From IMG/VR virus record IMGVR_UViG_3300021959_006010, positions 186,001 through 250,000 of that record: a stretch of 64,000 bases of DNA; one strand, 5' to 3'. Of this stretch, positions 28,246-37,364 are shown one piece after another. The notes beneath the pieces were generated by a model, which was not told where the DNA came from, did not search any database, and worked only from the letters and a program-made list of their open reading frames with translations. A program made the position numbers and the translations under genes. Each line of letters starts with the position of its first letter. The stretch's first letter is position 1.

Positions 28246-29445
28246 ATGATAGATAAAGAACCTTTTGAACAAGTAATAGAAACTCTAAAACAAGAAGGCA
28301 AATATCGAGTGTTTAACGATATACTTCGAGAAAGAGGAGATTTTCCAAAAAGTATATGGTATGGTCCGTATGCTATTAAAAATATTACTAATTGGTGTTC
28401 AAATGACTATCTCGGCATGGGTCAAAACAAAGTTGTTATTGATGCTATGCACACTGCACTTGACCAAACAGGAAGTGGGTCAGGTGGAACTAGAAACATT
28501 GGCGGCACATCACATTATCATGTAGCGTTGGAAAGAGAACTAGCGTCTTTGCATAGCAAGGATGGTGCGCTTTTATACTCGTCAGCGTATGTTGCCAATG
28601 AGTGGTCACTAATCGCTTTAAGCAAGATCATTCCCAACATTGTGTTCTTGAGTGATTCAAAAAATCACGCAAGCCTCATACAGGGTATCCGGCACAGTGG
28701 TGCTGACAAGTTAATTTGGCAGCACAATGATATGAGCGATTTAGAGGAGAAATTGGTACAGGTTGCCGCCAGGAATCAAGTCCCCTGCATTGTATTCGAG
28801 TCCGTATATAGTATGGATGGCGATGTGAGTCCAATTTCTTCGATCTGCGATCTAGCAGACGCTTATGGTGCTATAACCTATATTGACGAAGTCCACGCTG
28901 TAGGGTTGTATGGAACAGGTGGAGCAGGGTATCTAGAACATCTAGGTATTCAATCAAGAGTTGATATAGTTAATGGTACATTAGGTAAGGCCTTTGGTGT
29001 TCAGGGCGGTTATATTGCAAGTAACGGGACCGTCGTAGACGCAATTCGCAGTATAGCAAGTGGATTTATTTTTACTACCAGTATGAGTCCTGTGATTTGT
29101 GCTGGCGCCCTAGCATCAATTAAATATTTACGAGACCATAACGAACTAAGAGAACAACACCAAGAAAGAGCAGCTACACTAACACGTATGTTAAAAGAAG
29201 CTGATATCGAAATACATGCAGATGCATGTACCCATATTGTTCCTGTTATGGTGCGTGATGCTGTACGTTGTAAAGCCATGAGTGACTCGTTGCTTAACGA
29301 CTATGGTATATACATACAACCGATCAACTATCCGACAGTTGCGGTTGGAGAAGAGCGTCTTCGCATCGCGCCTACTCCGTTACATACTGATGCGATGATG
29401 AGCGACCTAGTTGTCGCACTAAGAAAGGTCTTTAATGCAAATTAA
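28246..29445 (+). CDS. hemA: 5-aminolevulinate synthase
   Basis: [57 protein letters not shown] (PLP Lys), IQPINYPTV. Confidence 0.95.
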   Translation: MIDKEPFEQVIETLKQEGKYRVFNDILRERGDFPKSIWYGPYAIKNITNWCSNDYLGMGQNKVVIDAMHTALDQTGSGSGGTRNIGGTSHYHVALERELASLHSKDGALLYSSAYVANEWSLIALSKIIPNIVFLSDSKNHASLIQGIRHSGADKLIWQHNDMSDLEEKLVQVAARNQVPCIVFESVYSMDGDVSPISSICDLADAYGAITYIDEVHAVGLYGTGGAGYLEHLGIQSRVDIVNGTLGKAFGVQGGYIASNGTVVDAIRSIASGFIFTTSMSPVICAGALASIKYLRDHNELREQHQERAATLTRMLKEADIEIHADACTHIVPVMVRDAVRCKAMSDSLLNDYGIYIQPINYPTVAVGEERLRIAPTPLHTDAMMSDLVVALRKVFNAN

Positions 29446-29851
29446 AAAATACGCTTACATTGCACTCGGTTTATTTTGTGTAGGGATGGCTTACGTAGGA
29501 TTCGTAGTGCCTGGCATACCTTTTAGTATTTTCCTTGTTATTGCTGCTTGGGCATTTGCAAAGAGTTCTCCGAGACTACACGCATGGTTGTACAACCATC
29601 CTTGGTTTGGAGAGTTCCTTACAAACTGGACACACAAAAAAGTATTTCCTACCAAAGGAAAATACCTAATGCTGTTAGTAATGAGTAGCAGTTTAGCATT
29701 TCTTTGGTTCTCTACAGGCAACATCAAGGCTGTAGCATGGAGCGGCGGGTTTATGGTATTAGTTGCTATATGGGCTTGGCGTTACCCGGGTTCAGTTGAA
29801 GAACAAGAACGCAGAGTCAAAGAAGGTAAAAAAATTGCATGGCTCAAGTAA
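29435..29851 (+). CDS. DUF454/YbaN-family inner-membrane protein
   Basis: [38 protein letters not shown] motif. Confidence 0.85.
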   Translation: MQIKKYAYIALGLFCVGMAYVGFVVPGIPFSIFLVIAAWAFAKSSPRLHAWLYNHPWFGEFLTNWTHKKVFPTKGKYLMLLVMSSSLAFLWFSTGNIKAVAWSGGFMVLVAIWAWRYPGSVEEQERRVKEGKKIAWLK

Positions 29852-30356
29852 GCCATGTACTCCAACTAGGATGTCTTATCTCAAATTCAATCTGCTTACG
29901 ATTATTTGCTAATTCGTAATAGGTTGGACGATAAGGCATCATTTTTGGTCTTATGTTTGTTTTGTTACCTTTTCGTGAGTTACAAGGGTTACAAGCACTG
30001 ACAATATTTTCCCATGCAGTTTTTCCTCCCTTTGAAATAGGGTGTACATGATCAAGTGTTAGTTCTTTTTGGGAAAATTTAGAGTTGCAGTATTGGCAGA
30101 CGAACATATCTCTTAGGTGGACGTTGTATTTGGAAAAACGTGGATTCCGTCGCCGCTTGTACATGTCTTTCAACATAATTACTGCGGGAACCCGTGTCTC
30201 CCAACTGCTACTTCGTACTATCCAATCATCGTACCATTCTAGTACGTGTACTTTCTCTAGCCAAAGATATGTGATTGCTTCTTTCCACTGAATAGTGGAG
30301 GGTGGTAGTAGTGATACAGGCTGTCCGTCTGCATTGAGTACAAGTGTGTCTGCCAT
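29844..30356 (-). CDS. HNH endonuclease (McrA-like)
   Basis: TLVLNAD, RDMFVCQYC, LTLDHVHP..GG, WENIVSACNPCNSRKG. Confidence 0.9.
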   Translation of the reverse strand: MADTLVLNADGQPVSLLPPSTIQWKEAITYLWLEKVHVLEWYDDWIVRSSSWETRVPAVIMLKDMYKRRRNPRFSKYNVHLRDMFVCQYCNSKFSQKELTLDHVHPISKGGKTAWENIVSACNPCNSRKGNKTNIRPKMMPYRPTYYELANNRKQIEFEIRHPSWSTWLT

Positions 30357-30385
30357 TGTGATCCTCTTGCGCTTTATACTATTAT

Positions 30386-30592
30386 TTATAAATCAATCGA
30401 ATCGACTGGTATGCAAACGGCCTGTTGATTGGTGTGGAAGTATCCGTCGCCTCGTCCGACTTGTAATGAAAGAGCTTCTCGTGCAGAAAAGCATTCGTAC
30501 ATATCTACAAAGGTAACTCCAGGACCCATAGCATTGATTGCTAGCGGTTCGTTTCCACTCACTATTATATAAACCAACATCCATTTGATCAT
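30386..30592 (-). CDS. Small exported Cys-containing protein
   Basis: Hydrophobic N-terminus; C..AR...AVC pattern; ATGA overlap. Confidence 0.55.
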   Translation of the reverse strand: MIKWMLVYIIVSGNEPLAINAMGPGVTFVDMYECFSAREALSLQVGRGDGYFHTNQQAVCIPVDSIDL

Positions 30593-30843
30593 GTTTCTTG
30601 CGCTCCGTCATTGAGCAACAAGAAACGTTTGAGTTTGTCTTCTCTCATGCAGTACACACGGTCAATGGACTTTCCGCCAAATTGCACCATCATGTCACGA
30701 CGAATTCCACTTGCATTAGATTGTACCCACGACTGACAAGTTTCTAAACTTTCGTGTGAGGGTTCAGTGTAAAGATAAGTGTCTTGTGTTCCGTCTGCAT
30801 ACAAACCTATGAGCAGTACAAACACATACCAGCTGCCTGTCAT
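30589..30843 (-). CDS. Small exported Cys-containing protein
   Basis: ATG overlaps the upstream TGA; hydrophobic N-terminus; two Cys. Confidence 0.55.
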   Translation of the reverse strand: MTGSWYVFVLLIGLYADGTQDTYLYTEPSHESLETCQSWVQSNASGIRRDMMVQFGGKSIDRVYCMREDKLKRFLLLNDGAQET

Positions 30844-31211
30844 CTTTCCGGCTCCCACAGCATTGGACCTGAGTAGGGTTCAAAACGATTTCCTACTGCT
30901 TGCATGCATGCTGTTCCGTCTGGGTATAGCACAACAAAACTAAAAGTGCCTGTGTCCGGATTAACAAACATCATACCACGTCCTTGAAACCATTCTCCAC
31001 TCACATGCTGACTTATTACTGTGCTTTCGAACAAAGGATTTTCTGTGTACTTTGCAATGTTAGTCATCAGTTGTTGAACACTGTCACACTGCTGTTGTAC
31101 ATAAAACAATCTAGGACCAGTCAAGGGCTGTTGGGGTTGTGGTTCTTCTTGGGCTGAGGCGGGCGCAACAATGCTGAGCAACACCAGACCAAGTGCAAGT
31201 TGCTTCCACAT
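30840..31211 (-). CDS. Exported protein with a signal peptide
   Basis: AGGAGA RBS; MWKQLALGLVLLSIVAPASA signal peptide; two Cys. Confidence 0.65.
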   Translation of the reverse strand: MWKQLALGLVLLSIVAPASAQEEPQPQQPLTGPRLFYVQQQCDSVQQLMTNIAKYTENPLFESTVISQHVSGEWFQGRGMMFVNPDTGTFSFVVLYPDGTACMQAVGNRFEPYSGPMLWEPER

Positions 31212-31242
31212 TGTAATCTCCTGTTGTAACAAGTATTTATGT

Positions 31243-31800
31243 TTAGGCTAGATAATTGTCAAACACTCTTGAGCTGTGAGTTTGTACTGCTGCGCTCCAT
31301 TGACTGAGACTGTTGGTTTCAAACACTATACTGTCTGTGGCAGCTGTGGGCAACCAAAGTCCCATGTCTATTTCTTGTTCAAGTTGTCCTGGGCGCCAAG
31401 TTGCACAACCTATGATCATTTTCCAATACACAGGTTCTACTTGTGTGGCCATGCGTTCCAACATCCAACGATCCGAAGTTATCGAATAGTGTTCGCCAAC
31501 TCGGCGTGTGTTTGCGCTTGACCATTCTGATGAGTGCAGTAGAAATGCTGCTCTAGGATTTGTTGGACCTCCGCGATAGACCGATCGATTCTCCAGTAGA
31601 TCAACAAACTCTCCTGGAAAGCCTTCGTGCAGTGTAGCATTAGGCAATGGTGCGTTTACTATGAGTCCTTGGGTGACATTTGGTGCGTGTTCGAATACGT
31701 ATACACATGTTCTCGCAAACTCACTGCCGTCCAGTCGGGGTGTTGCAATAAGTGCAGTGTCAGCCCAGTCATTAACTCCAATCGGGAAGTGGTCCGCCAT
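31243..31800 (-). CDS. YqgE/AlgH (DUF179) family protein
   Basis: LIATP..D..F.R.CVYVFEH...QGLIVN, YRGGP, GCATWRPGQLEQEI..G.W. Confidence 0.85.
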   Translation of the reverse strand: MADHFPIGVNDWADTALIATPRLDGSEFARTCVYVFEHAPNVTQGLIVNAPLPNATLHEGFPGEFVDLLENRSVYRGGPTNPRAAFLLHSSEWSSANTRRVGEHYSITSDRWMLERMATQVEPVYWKMIIGCATWRPGQLEQEIDMGLWLPTAATDSIVFETNSLSQWSAAVQTHSSRVFDNYLA

Positions 31801-32017
31801 ACTTCTTTCCCTTGATTTTCTTACCACCTACTTTGACACGTTTTTTGCCCAGTTTGTGACTTTTGTTTCCGTCACGTCGACGATAGCCTTGCGATTTGCA
31901 TGATGCGAGTGCGCTGGCACCCAGCGCCGAGTCCGGCTTTGATGATGTGCAAAGGCTGCGGCTAGCTTGCCAATCCTCTAGATCTTGTTCGCTTGTGAAT
32001 ACTTCTTCTACTCTCAT
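31772..32017 (-). CDS. Small basic protein with an MRVEEV N-terminal motif
   Basis: Follows a TAAATA promoter; Lys/Gly-rich C-terminus. Confidence 0.65.
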   Translation of the reverse strand: MRVEEVFTSEQDLEDWQASRSLCTSSKPDSALGASALASCKSQGYRRRDGNKSHKLGKKRVKVGGKKIKGKKYGGPLPDWS

Positions 32018-32031
32018 ACAGTTATTTAGTC

Positions 32032-32247
32032 TCAGCGATAGCGATCCGCAGGATTTTCCAACTGGTGATCATCATCCGAACTGAGACAGAATGTGAGTGC
32101 CTTTCTCGGACCCCTTGTGGTATTGATATTGATCTCCCCTGAACGCTCGTGAAATTCTATTTTGGTTATTTCTGCGGGCTCTCGATTCTTGCCTACAAGA
32201 ATGGTTTGGCCTAGTTCTAGATTTAGGCTGATATTGCGTAATGTCAT
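32032..32247 (-). CDS. Hypothetical protein
   Basis: AGGAGA RBS; 71 aa. Confidence 0.65.
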   Translation of the reverse strand: MTLRNISLNLELGQTILVGKNREPAEITKIEFHERSGEININTTRGPRKALTFCLSSDDDHQLENPADRYR

Positions 32248-32299
32248 GGGAGTTCTCCTTGATCAGTTTTTGAAACGTGTACAAATATTTATACTAAGT

Positions 32300-32617
32300 A
32301 TGAGTATGAATATGAAAAGCGAACCCACTGTGGGCAAACTAGAAACAGTCAACAAATACACACCCGAAACCATCACCTCAGGGCAATCATACGCATGTCT
32401 CTACTCAACACGCATACAGTTAACTGAAGATGGTCGCATACCAGAACCAGGCGAAGCTGCACCAAGATCAGAACCTCTAACTGGCTTTGCTGTGATACAT
32501 CAGAGAGATTTAAACAATCGTCGTCTTACAGTAGTAGATGTTAACCTTGCTATTGAACTAGTGGTAGATTTTGATGATGTGTGGGACATTGACGAAGCTG
32601 TATTCCAAGACGCCTGA
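32300..32617 (+). CDS. Hypothetical protein
   Basis: Open frame; start chosen among clustered ATGs at 32300-32312. Confidence 0.5.
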   Translation: MSMNMKSEPTVGKLETVNKYTPETITSGQSYACLYSTRIQLTEDGRIPEPGEAAPRSEPLTGFAVIHQRDLNNRRLTVVDVNLAIELVVDFDDVWDIDEAVFQDA

Positions 32618-32666
32618 AAGGCTTTAGCCCAAAACAAAAGACCCCGCTGTACGTGTAAATACTAGT

Positions 32667-32873
32667 ATGAAACTACTACTACACAGAGAACTCACATGGC
32701 GAGAAGAATGCTTTGTACACGCTCTTACAGGCGGTGACTATGACATCACACCTAGAGTTACTCATGACGAAATCTCACAGTACGAAATGCACATACCAAG
32801 TGATGCGCTTAATAGTAGAGACACTACACTACTGTTATTAGCACTAAGTGAATGTGTTACACGTGGCGAGTAG
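32667..32873 (+). CDS. Hypothetical protein
   Basis: ATG just after a TAAATA promoter at ~32657. Confidence 0.55.
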   Translation: MKLLLHRELTWREECFVHALTGGDYDITPRVTHDEISQYEMHIPSDALNSRDTTLLLLALSECVTRGE

Positions 32874-33189
32874 TAGAGGCCCCGCTGCTAATGCACGTAT
32901 AAAGGAAGAAAGCTCAAACCAACCTGAGTCTTATAGTAGTAGTATAGCTATAGAGGCAGGTTGAACACTGTGTAGTAACCCGTTGATGTGTATAGAGAAT
33001 ATAGTAGAGAAATATGAAAAAGTATTTGAACTATGCCTCCATCGTCCTCAGCCAACGGTTTAGAAATCCTATATAAATTCTTGAAAAAAGTGAAGAAAAA
33101 CCATGAACTACCACAATAGGCCCCGCTGCTATGCGTGTGTAAGCGGTCTAAGACGCCATTTTACCAGGATGGGACTGATTCTGCCCAAA

Positions 33190-33398
33190 GATCAATGACT
33201 TATATAGAGAACCTCAACCAGCCCCGCAGGGGCCCCTACACTACTACTACGCATAGACTCTACTACTACACTACTAACACTATAGATATCAATGACTTAG
33301 ACTACTACACTACTATAGTAGTTCAACACTACACTATAAGTCATTGATATTACTACACTACTATACACTACACTACTACTATACAAATCAATCGCTTA
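33190..33398. promoter_or_regulatory. Cluster of four IHF-consensus sites within ACTAC-rich repeats
   Basis: WATCAANNNNTTR matches at 33287-33299 (+), 33337-33349 (-), 33386-33398 (+); one-mismatch copy at 33190-33202; 14-bp palindrome ACTACTATAGTAGT at 33309-33322. Confidence 0.7.
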
Positions 33399-33514
33399 GT
33401 GTAGGGTGTTCAAGTTCTGGCGTCTTTTGGTTTCTTTTAAAAAAATGGTTGACAGGTTGTGGTTTTGATCATATACTATAAAGACAGTTAGGGTAACACA
33501 CAGAGGGAAATCAC

Positions 33515-33799
33515 ATGTTGAAATATCAGAATCTTGCACAGGTAGGCGACCGTATCAGAGCGTATGACTTCCGCGGTGGTCGTGACTACTACATAGAAGG
33601 GGTCGTTACTGCCAAAGGTCGTATTGAAACTCCTCGAGGGGTGTTGATGTATACAGGCTACACCGTTGACATAGATGTGGACACAATGCCTGGTGCTGGC
33701 CGTGTGGGAGATGTTGGTTATGTGCCGTTTGAAACAAGCTTGGACTACGATGAGAGAATTGAACTGGTGGACACGGAGTTTGCATACTGGGGCAGCTGA
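33515..33799 (+). CDS. Early hypothetical protein
   Basis: Own promoter and GAGGGA RBS. Confidence 0.75.
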   Translation: MLKYQNLAQVGDRIRAYDFRGGRDYYIEGVVTAKGRIETPRGVLMYTGYTVDIDVDTMPGAGRVGDVGYVPFETSLDYDERIELVDTEFAYWGS

Positions 33800-33896
33800 T
33801 GAAAAGAACACGCGAACACGAGAACAAAAAAACGGTTGACAGGCGTGTGTGTTGAGGCTATACTGTGTGTATAGTTAAAAACATAGAGGGCACACT

Positions 33897-34064
33897 ATGC
33901 AAACGAACACAAACGAATGGACAACACAGCAGAAGCGCAGGTTAGCGGATGCAGTATTTGAAGCAATTGCACTAGCAGAAGCACTGCGTTTAGACTACAG
34001 GGTGGATGCTGTAGCAGAATTTGCAGAGGACTTGTATGCTGCTGTAGAAGAAGACGCAGTATAA
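33897..34064 (+). CDS. Early hypothetical protein (55 aa)
   Basis: Promoter and GAGGGC RBS; MQTNTNEW... Confidence 0.7.
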   Translation: MQTNTNEWTTQQKRRLADAVFEAIALAEALRLDYRVDAVAEFAEDLYAAVEEDAV

Positions 34065-34148
34065 AAAGTTTAAAAAAACACTTGACAGTGTGCGTGTACT
34101 GTGTTATAGTATACGCATACTAAACATTGCAACAAAAGTGAGGGCTTT

Positions 34149-34598
34149 ATGCAAACAATTAACTACAGCACTACAGTAGCGGACTACTACGAGCACTTAA
34201 CAAATGAGTGTGCGGATGAGACACGTTTTACTATGGATGAACAGTGCTTTGTGCTTGAGTTTTTAGCAGACACACTAAACGCACTTACACAGCTAAACAG
34301 TGAAACACTACGTGAGGAGGGCAACTTTGCACGTATGCAAGACTGTGCGGAAGTAGCGGACAACTACGTAATGCTATTAAACAAGTGCAACAGTGAGTAT
34401 GATGGCGAGGACTGCTATACGTTTACGCTAGAAGATGCGGGTGCTGCTATTTGCAGTTATGACACAGAGTACAGGGAGTGCATATGCGAGCAGTTTGAAG
34501 ATGCGCTAAACGAGTACTTTGCACTTGTACAGCAAAACAAACTGCAAAAACTTGACATTGCAAACTGTTTAGCATGGCGTGTGTTTAACAGTTACTAG
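34149..34598 (+). CDS. Early acidic hypothetical protein
   Basis: Promoter and GAGGGC RBS; no Pro; no TC or CC in the coding strand. Confidence 0.75.
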   Translation: MQTINYSTTVADYYEHLTNECADETRFTMDEQCFVLEFLADTLNALTQLNSETLREEGNFARMQDCAEVADNYVMLLNKCNSEYDGEDCYTFTLEDAGAAICSYDTEYRECICEQFEDALNEYFALVQQNKLQKLDIANCLAWRVFNSY

Positions 34599-34672
34599 AA
34601 ACAAAACACTTGACAAGTACTGTAGCACATGCTATAGTACTTGTACACATTAAATGCATTAGAGGGCAAACT

Positions 34673-34885
34673 ATGCAAGTACACATACTACAACTACAAG
34701 GCACTGGCGACGACGAGTACGCATGGGAAAACGCAAGCGTTTTTGCAAGCTGGGAAGAAGCACAGGAACGTGCTGCGCAAATGAGCAAAGAAGACATAGC
34801 GGAGTACGGCGAAGCGTTTTGGATAATGGGCGAGAACATGCGCATTGAAACGCACGACTTAGTAGACAACAACTGGGGCTACTAA
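34673..34885 (+). CDS. Early acidic hypothetical protein
   Basis: Promoter and GAGGGC RBS; start revised to MQVHIL. Confidence 0.75.
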   Translation: MQVHILQLQGTGDDEYAWENASVFASWEEAQERAAQMSKEDIAEYGEAFWIMGENMRIETHDLVDNNWGY

Positions 34886-35009
34886 TACGCAGGCCCCGCT
34901 GCTATAAGGGCTGCTATACTACAGTATAGGCAAACTATACACAGTTGCACTTGCATTTTGGTGCAACTGTGTTATATTGTTAGCATAACGCATATAGGAG
35001 GGCAAACAT

Positions 35010-35324
35010 ATGCAAGCAACTGTAATTAAAACACTAGACAGTGCAGTGCGTGTAACACTAGTAGAAGATGACGCGGAGTGGCGTGCAGAGTTTGAAGAAT
35101 ACGGATACGACACAGACATGTGGGCTGCATACGGAGACGGAGATGTGTGGCGAGACAACGTACAAGTTACGCATACACTAAACGATGAAGAGTACGGCTT
35201 TATTTGCGGCAATAGTAGTGACAGACGTGTGTACGGCTTTACAGTAGATGTACACAGAGCAGAAGAAGCAGATGGCAACTTTAGCTTTTGGGTAACAGAA
35301 GAACAATACGAACAAATAGGATAA
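35010..35324 (+). CDS. Early acidic hypothetical protein
   Basis: GGAGGGC RBS; no Pro. Confidence 0.75.
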   Translation: MQATVIKTLDSAVRVTLVEDDAEWRAEFEEYGYDTDMWAAYGDGDVWRDNVQVTHTLNDEEYGFICGNSSDRRVYGFTVDVHRAEEADGNFSFWVTEEQYEQIG

Positions 35325-35395
35325 AAAGAGGTTGACAACGTGTGTATGCTATGCTATAGTGTACACACACTAACACAGCATAGAGAGGGCTTTTT

Positions 35396-35665
35396 ATGCA
35401 AAACACAAATACAAAAACTGCACGTAGTATTGTACGCAACATCCTAAAGCAAAACAATGTTATGTATTCCTCGCAAAGTTATACCGACAAATGTGCTAAT
35501 CCTGCATTACGTAACTTGTGCTTCCTAACAAAAAACTTAACGCCTGCAGTTGTGCAACAAATTTCCTCTGCGCTTAACGTTACAAAAGTGCATGCAACAA
35601 AGCCTATGTTTTACAATGTGCATCCGGATGCACGTTATTTGCGCATAGTGCATTGCGCAAAATAA
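35396..35665 (+). CDS. Early basic hypothetical protein
   Basis: Promoter and GAGGGC RBS; no Gly, Glu or Trp. Confidence 0.7.
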   Translation: MQNTNTKTARSIVRNILKQNNVMYSSQSYTDKCANPALRNLCFLTKNLTPAVVQQISSALNVTKVHATKPMFYNVHPDARYLRIVHCAK

Positions 35666-35672
35666 AACTCAA

Positions 35673-35716
35673 TAAAAACAAGCACTTAGCAGAAAAATTA
35701 TAAGTGCTTGTTTTTA
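35673..35716. repeat. 16-bp perfect inverted repeat with a 12-bp spacer
   Basis: TAAAAACAAGCACTTA (35673-35688) / TAAGTGCTTGTTTTTA (35701-35716); an 18-bp direct copy of the left arm lies at 45042-45059. Confidence 0.85.
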
Positions 35717-35801
35717 AACAAAACTTTTTGCTTTACAAATGCATAAACTTGTAGTATATTGTTTGTATAAGTTAACAAGCATACATGCAGAGGAGCACAT
35801 T

Positions 35802-36050
35802 ATGCAAAACACAAACTACGTATTTTTAAACGCACAAAACGCTGCAATTGTTGTAACAGTAAACAATGTAGTTGTTGCTACAGACGTACAAACAGCAGAC
35901 GCACTTGTACAAGTGTTTTTAACACACAACATTAATGTGCTTACAGACACTATTATGTGCAGCAGCAGCATAGATTTTGCTGAAGAGGAGGGCTTTGCTA
36001 CAGACGCTTGTGCGCATAATATTATAGAGGACGCTTTAGCACAGTTGTAA
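35802..36050 (+). CDS. Early hypothetical protein
   Basis: GAGGAG RBS; start revised to MQNTNY. Confidence 0.7.
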   Translation: MQNTNYVFLNAQNAAIVVTVNNVVVATDVQTADALVQVFLTHNINVLTDTIMCSSSIDFAEEEGFATDACAHNIIEDALAQL

Positions 36051-36152
36051 TATACTAAAGTATTGCAAGCACTATACTACGTAGTGCTTGCTTTTTTTGT
36101 AACTTGTGTTATATTGTTTGTATAACGTAACAGCAAATGCGAGGGCCGCAAC

Positions 36153-36503
36153 ATGCAAAACAACATTAAGCGTAACAGCGTAGTAGTAGTAAACTATAAA
36201 AACACACAGCGTTTAGCACTTGTTAAAAGTGTACGTGCTAACAACATGCTAAACGTAACTATGTATTTGTTTGCTAATGCAAGCATAGCTAGCGACTACT
36301 TAGTGCATGCAAGTACAGTAACGCTAACAAGTGTTAGTGCTAAACAGTTTACGCATTTAGCTAAAAGCTATCCCAACTATGCGTGTACTAGTGCTAACAG
36401 CAAACTATTGTTTAAGCTACAGCAACAAGCAGACGCAGCTTATCCGCAGTATGCAGCACTACGCAACAACTATGCAAAGTATACTAGTGCGTTTGCTGCA
36501 TAG
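36153..36503 (+). CDS. Early basic hypothetical protein
   Basis: GAGGGC RBS; 116 aa with no Gly, Glu or Trp. Confidence 0.7.
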   Translation: MQNNIKRNSVVVVNYKNTQRLALVKSVRANNMLNVTMYLFANASIASDYLVHASTVTLTSVSAKQFTHLAKSYPNYACTSANSKLLFKLQQQADAAYPQYAALRNNYAKYTSAFAA

Positions 36504-36583
36504 TACGCTTAAAAAACACTTGACAACTGTGTGTATGTGTGCTACTATGTACACATACACTAAAGCATAACGGAGGGCAGTTT

Positions 36584-36832
36584 ATGCAAAACACACAGTA
36601 CGAAAACGCAGTTATTGCTGCAATTGAAAATTTTGCAAACAGCATTGCAAATTGTGCGCACGACAGCGTAGTAGAAAACAACGACTACGCAATTACAGAC
36701 AGCATAGACAGCATTAACTTTTTGTTTAGCAACTACACAAAATACGACAGTGTACAAGCACTTGCAAACGCTGCACTAGACAGCACACTAGACACTGTAG
36801 TACGTGAAAGCATACATGCACAATTAACGTAA
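36584..36832 (+). CDS. Early hypothetical protein
   Basis: Promoter and GGAGGGC RBS; start revised to MQNTQY. Confidence 0.7.
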   Translation: MQNTQYENAVIAAIENFANSIANCAHDSVVENNDYAITDSIDSINFLFSNYTKYDSVQALANAALDSTLDTVVRESIHAQLT

Positions 36833-36903
36833 AAAAGTAGTTGACAACTGCGTGTACATATGCTATAGTGTATGTACACGTTAACAATGTAAGAGGGCAT
36901 CTT

Positions 36904-37236
36904 ATGTATTACATTTACGAGAACAGCACAACCTACATTATTGGCAAGCCGGACCGCAATGGTGTAGCCCGTCCGGATCATCGCCAGTCGTATAAGACTA
37001 TGGCCGCAGCGAAAGCAGCACTCACACGCATCTGCAAGGCAGAAGGCTTGTTGCCAACCGATCCCAACTATGCACTGTATCGCTATTCGATTGCAGAGGC
37101 CAGCTACTTCCACAGCATGATTGAAAAGAAAGTACTGCGTAAAGTACTAGAAGGCTTTGGTGGCAAGGAGTATTACGAACCTGTTAACACTCCTGCCTAT
37201 ATGTCACCTGCAAGCGAAACCTACTGGAGCATGTAA
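36904..37236 (+). CDS. Early hypothetical protein
   Basis: Promoter and GAGGGC RBS; start revised to MYYIYE. Confidence 0.7.
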   Translation: MYYIYENSTTYIIGKPDRNGVARPDHRQSYKTMAAAKAALTRICKAEGLLPTDPNYALYRYSIAEASYFHSMIEKKVLRKVLEGFGGKEYYEPVNTPAYMSPASETYWSM

Positions 37237-37364
37237 GATGGATCTACTCCAACGATACCCGAACGCACTCGAGCAGCTAGAAATCCTCAAAAAAGATTAT
37301 TTAGGGGTTGACAATTCTGTAGAGGAGTGCTATATTAGTAGTATAACAAATGGAGGGCAATCCA

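Larger units (their letters stand above)
32877..34904 (+). repeat. Dispersed 14-bp direct repeat AGGCCCCGCTGCTA (3 exact copies)
   Basis: Copies at 32877-32890, 33118-33131 and 34891-34904. Confidence 0.85.

Noticed and set aside
33135-33347. 70-aa Thr/Tyr-rich ORF
   Set aside because: It is translated ACTAC repeats, with no RBS, inside the regulatory block.
33230-33400. ACTACTACAC repeats as a CRISPR array
   Set aside because: Units are short and degenerate, with no regular 30-40 bp unique spacers.
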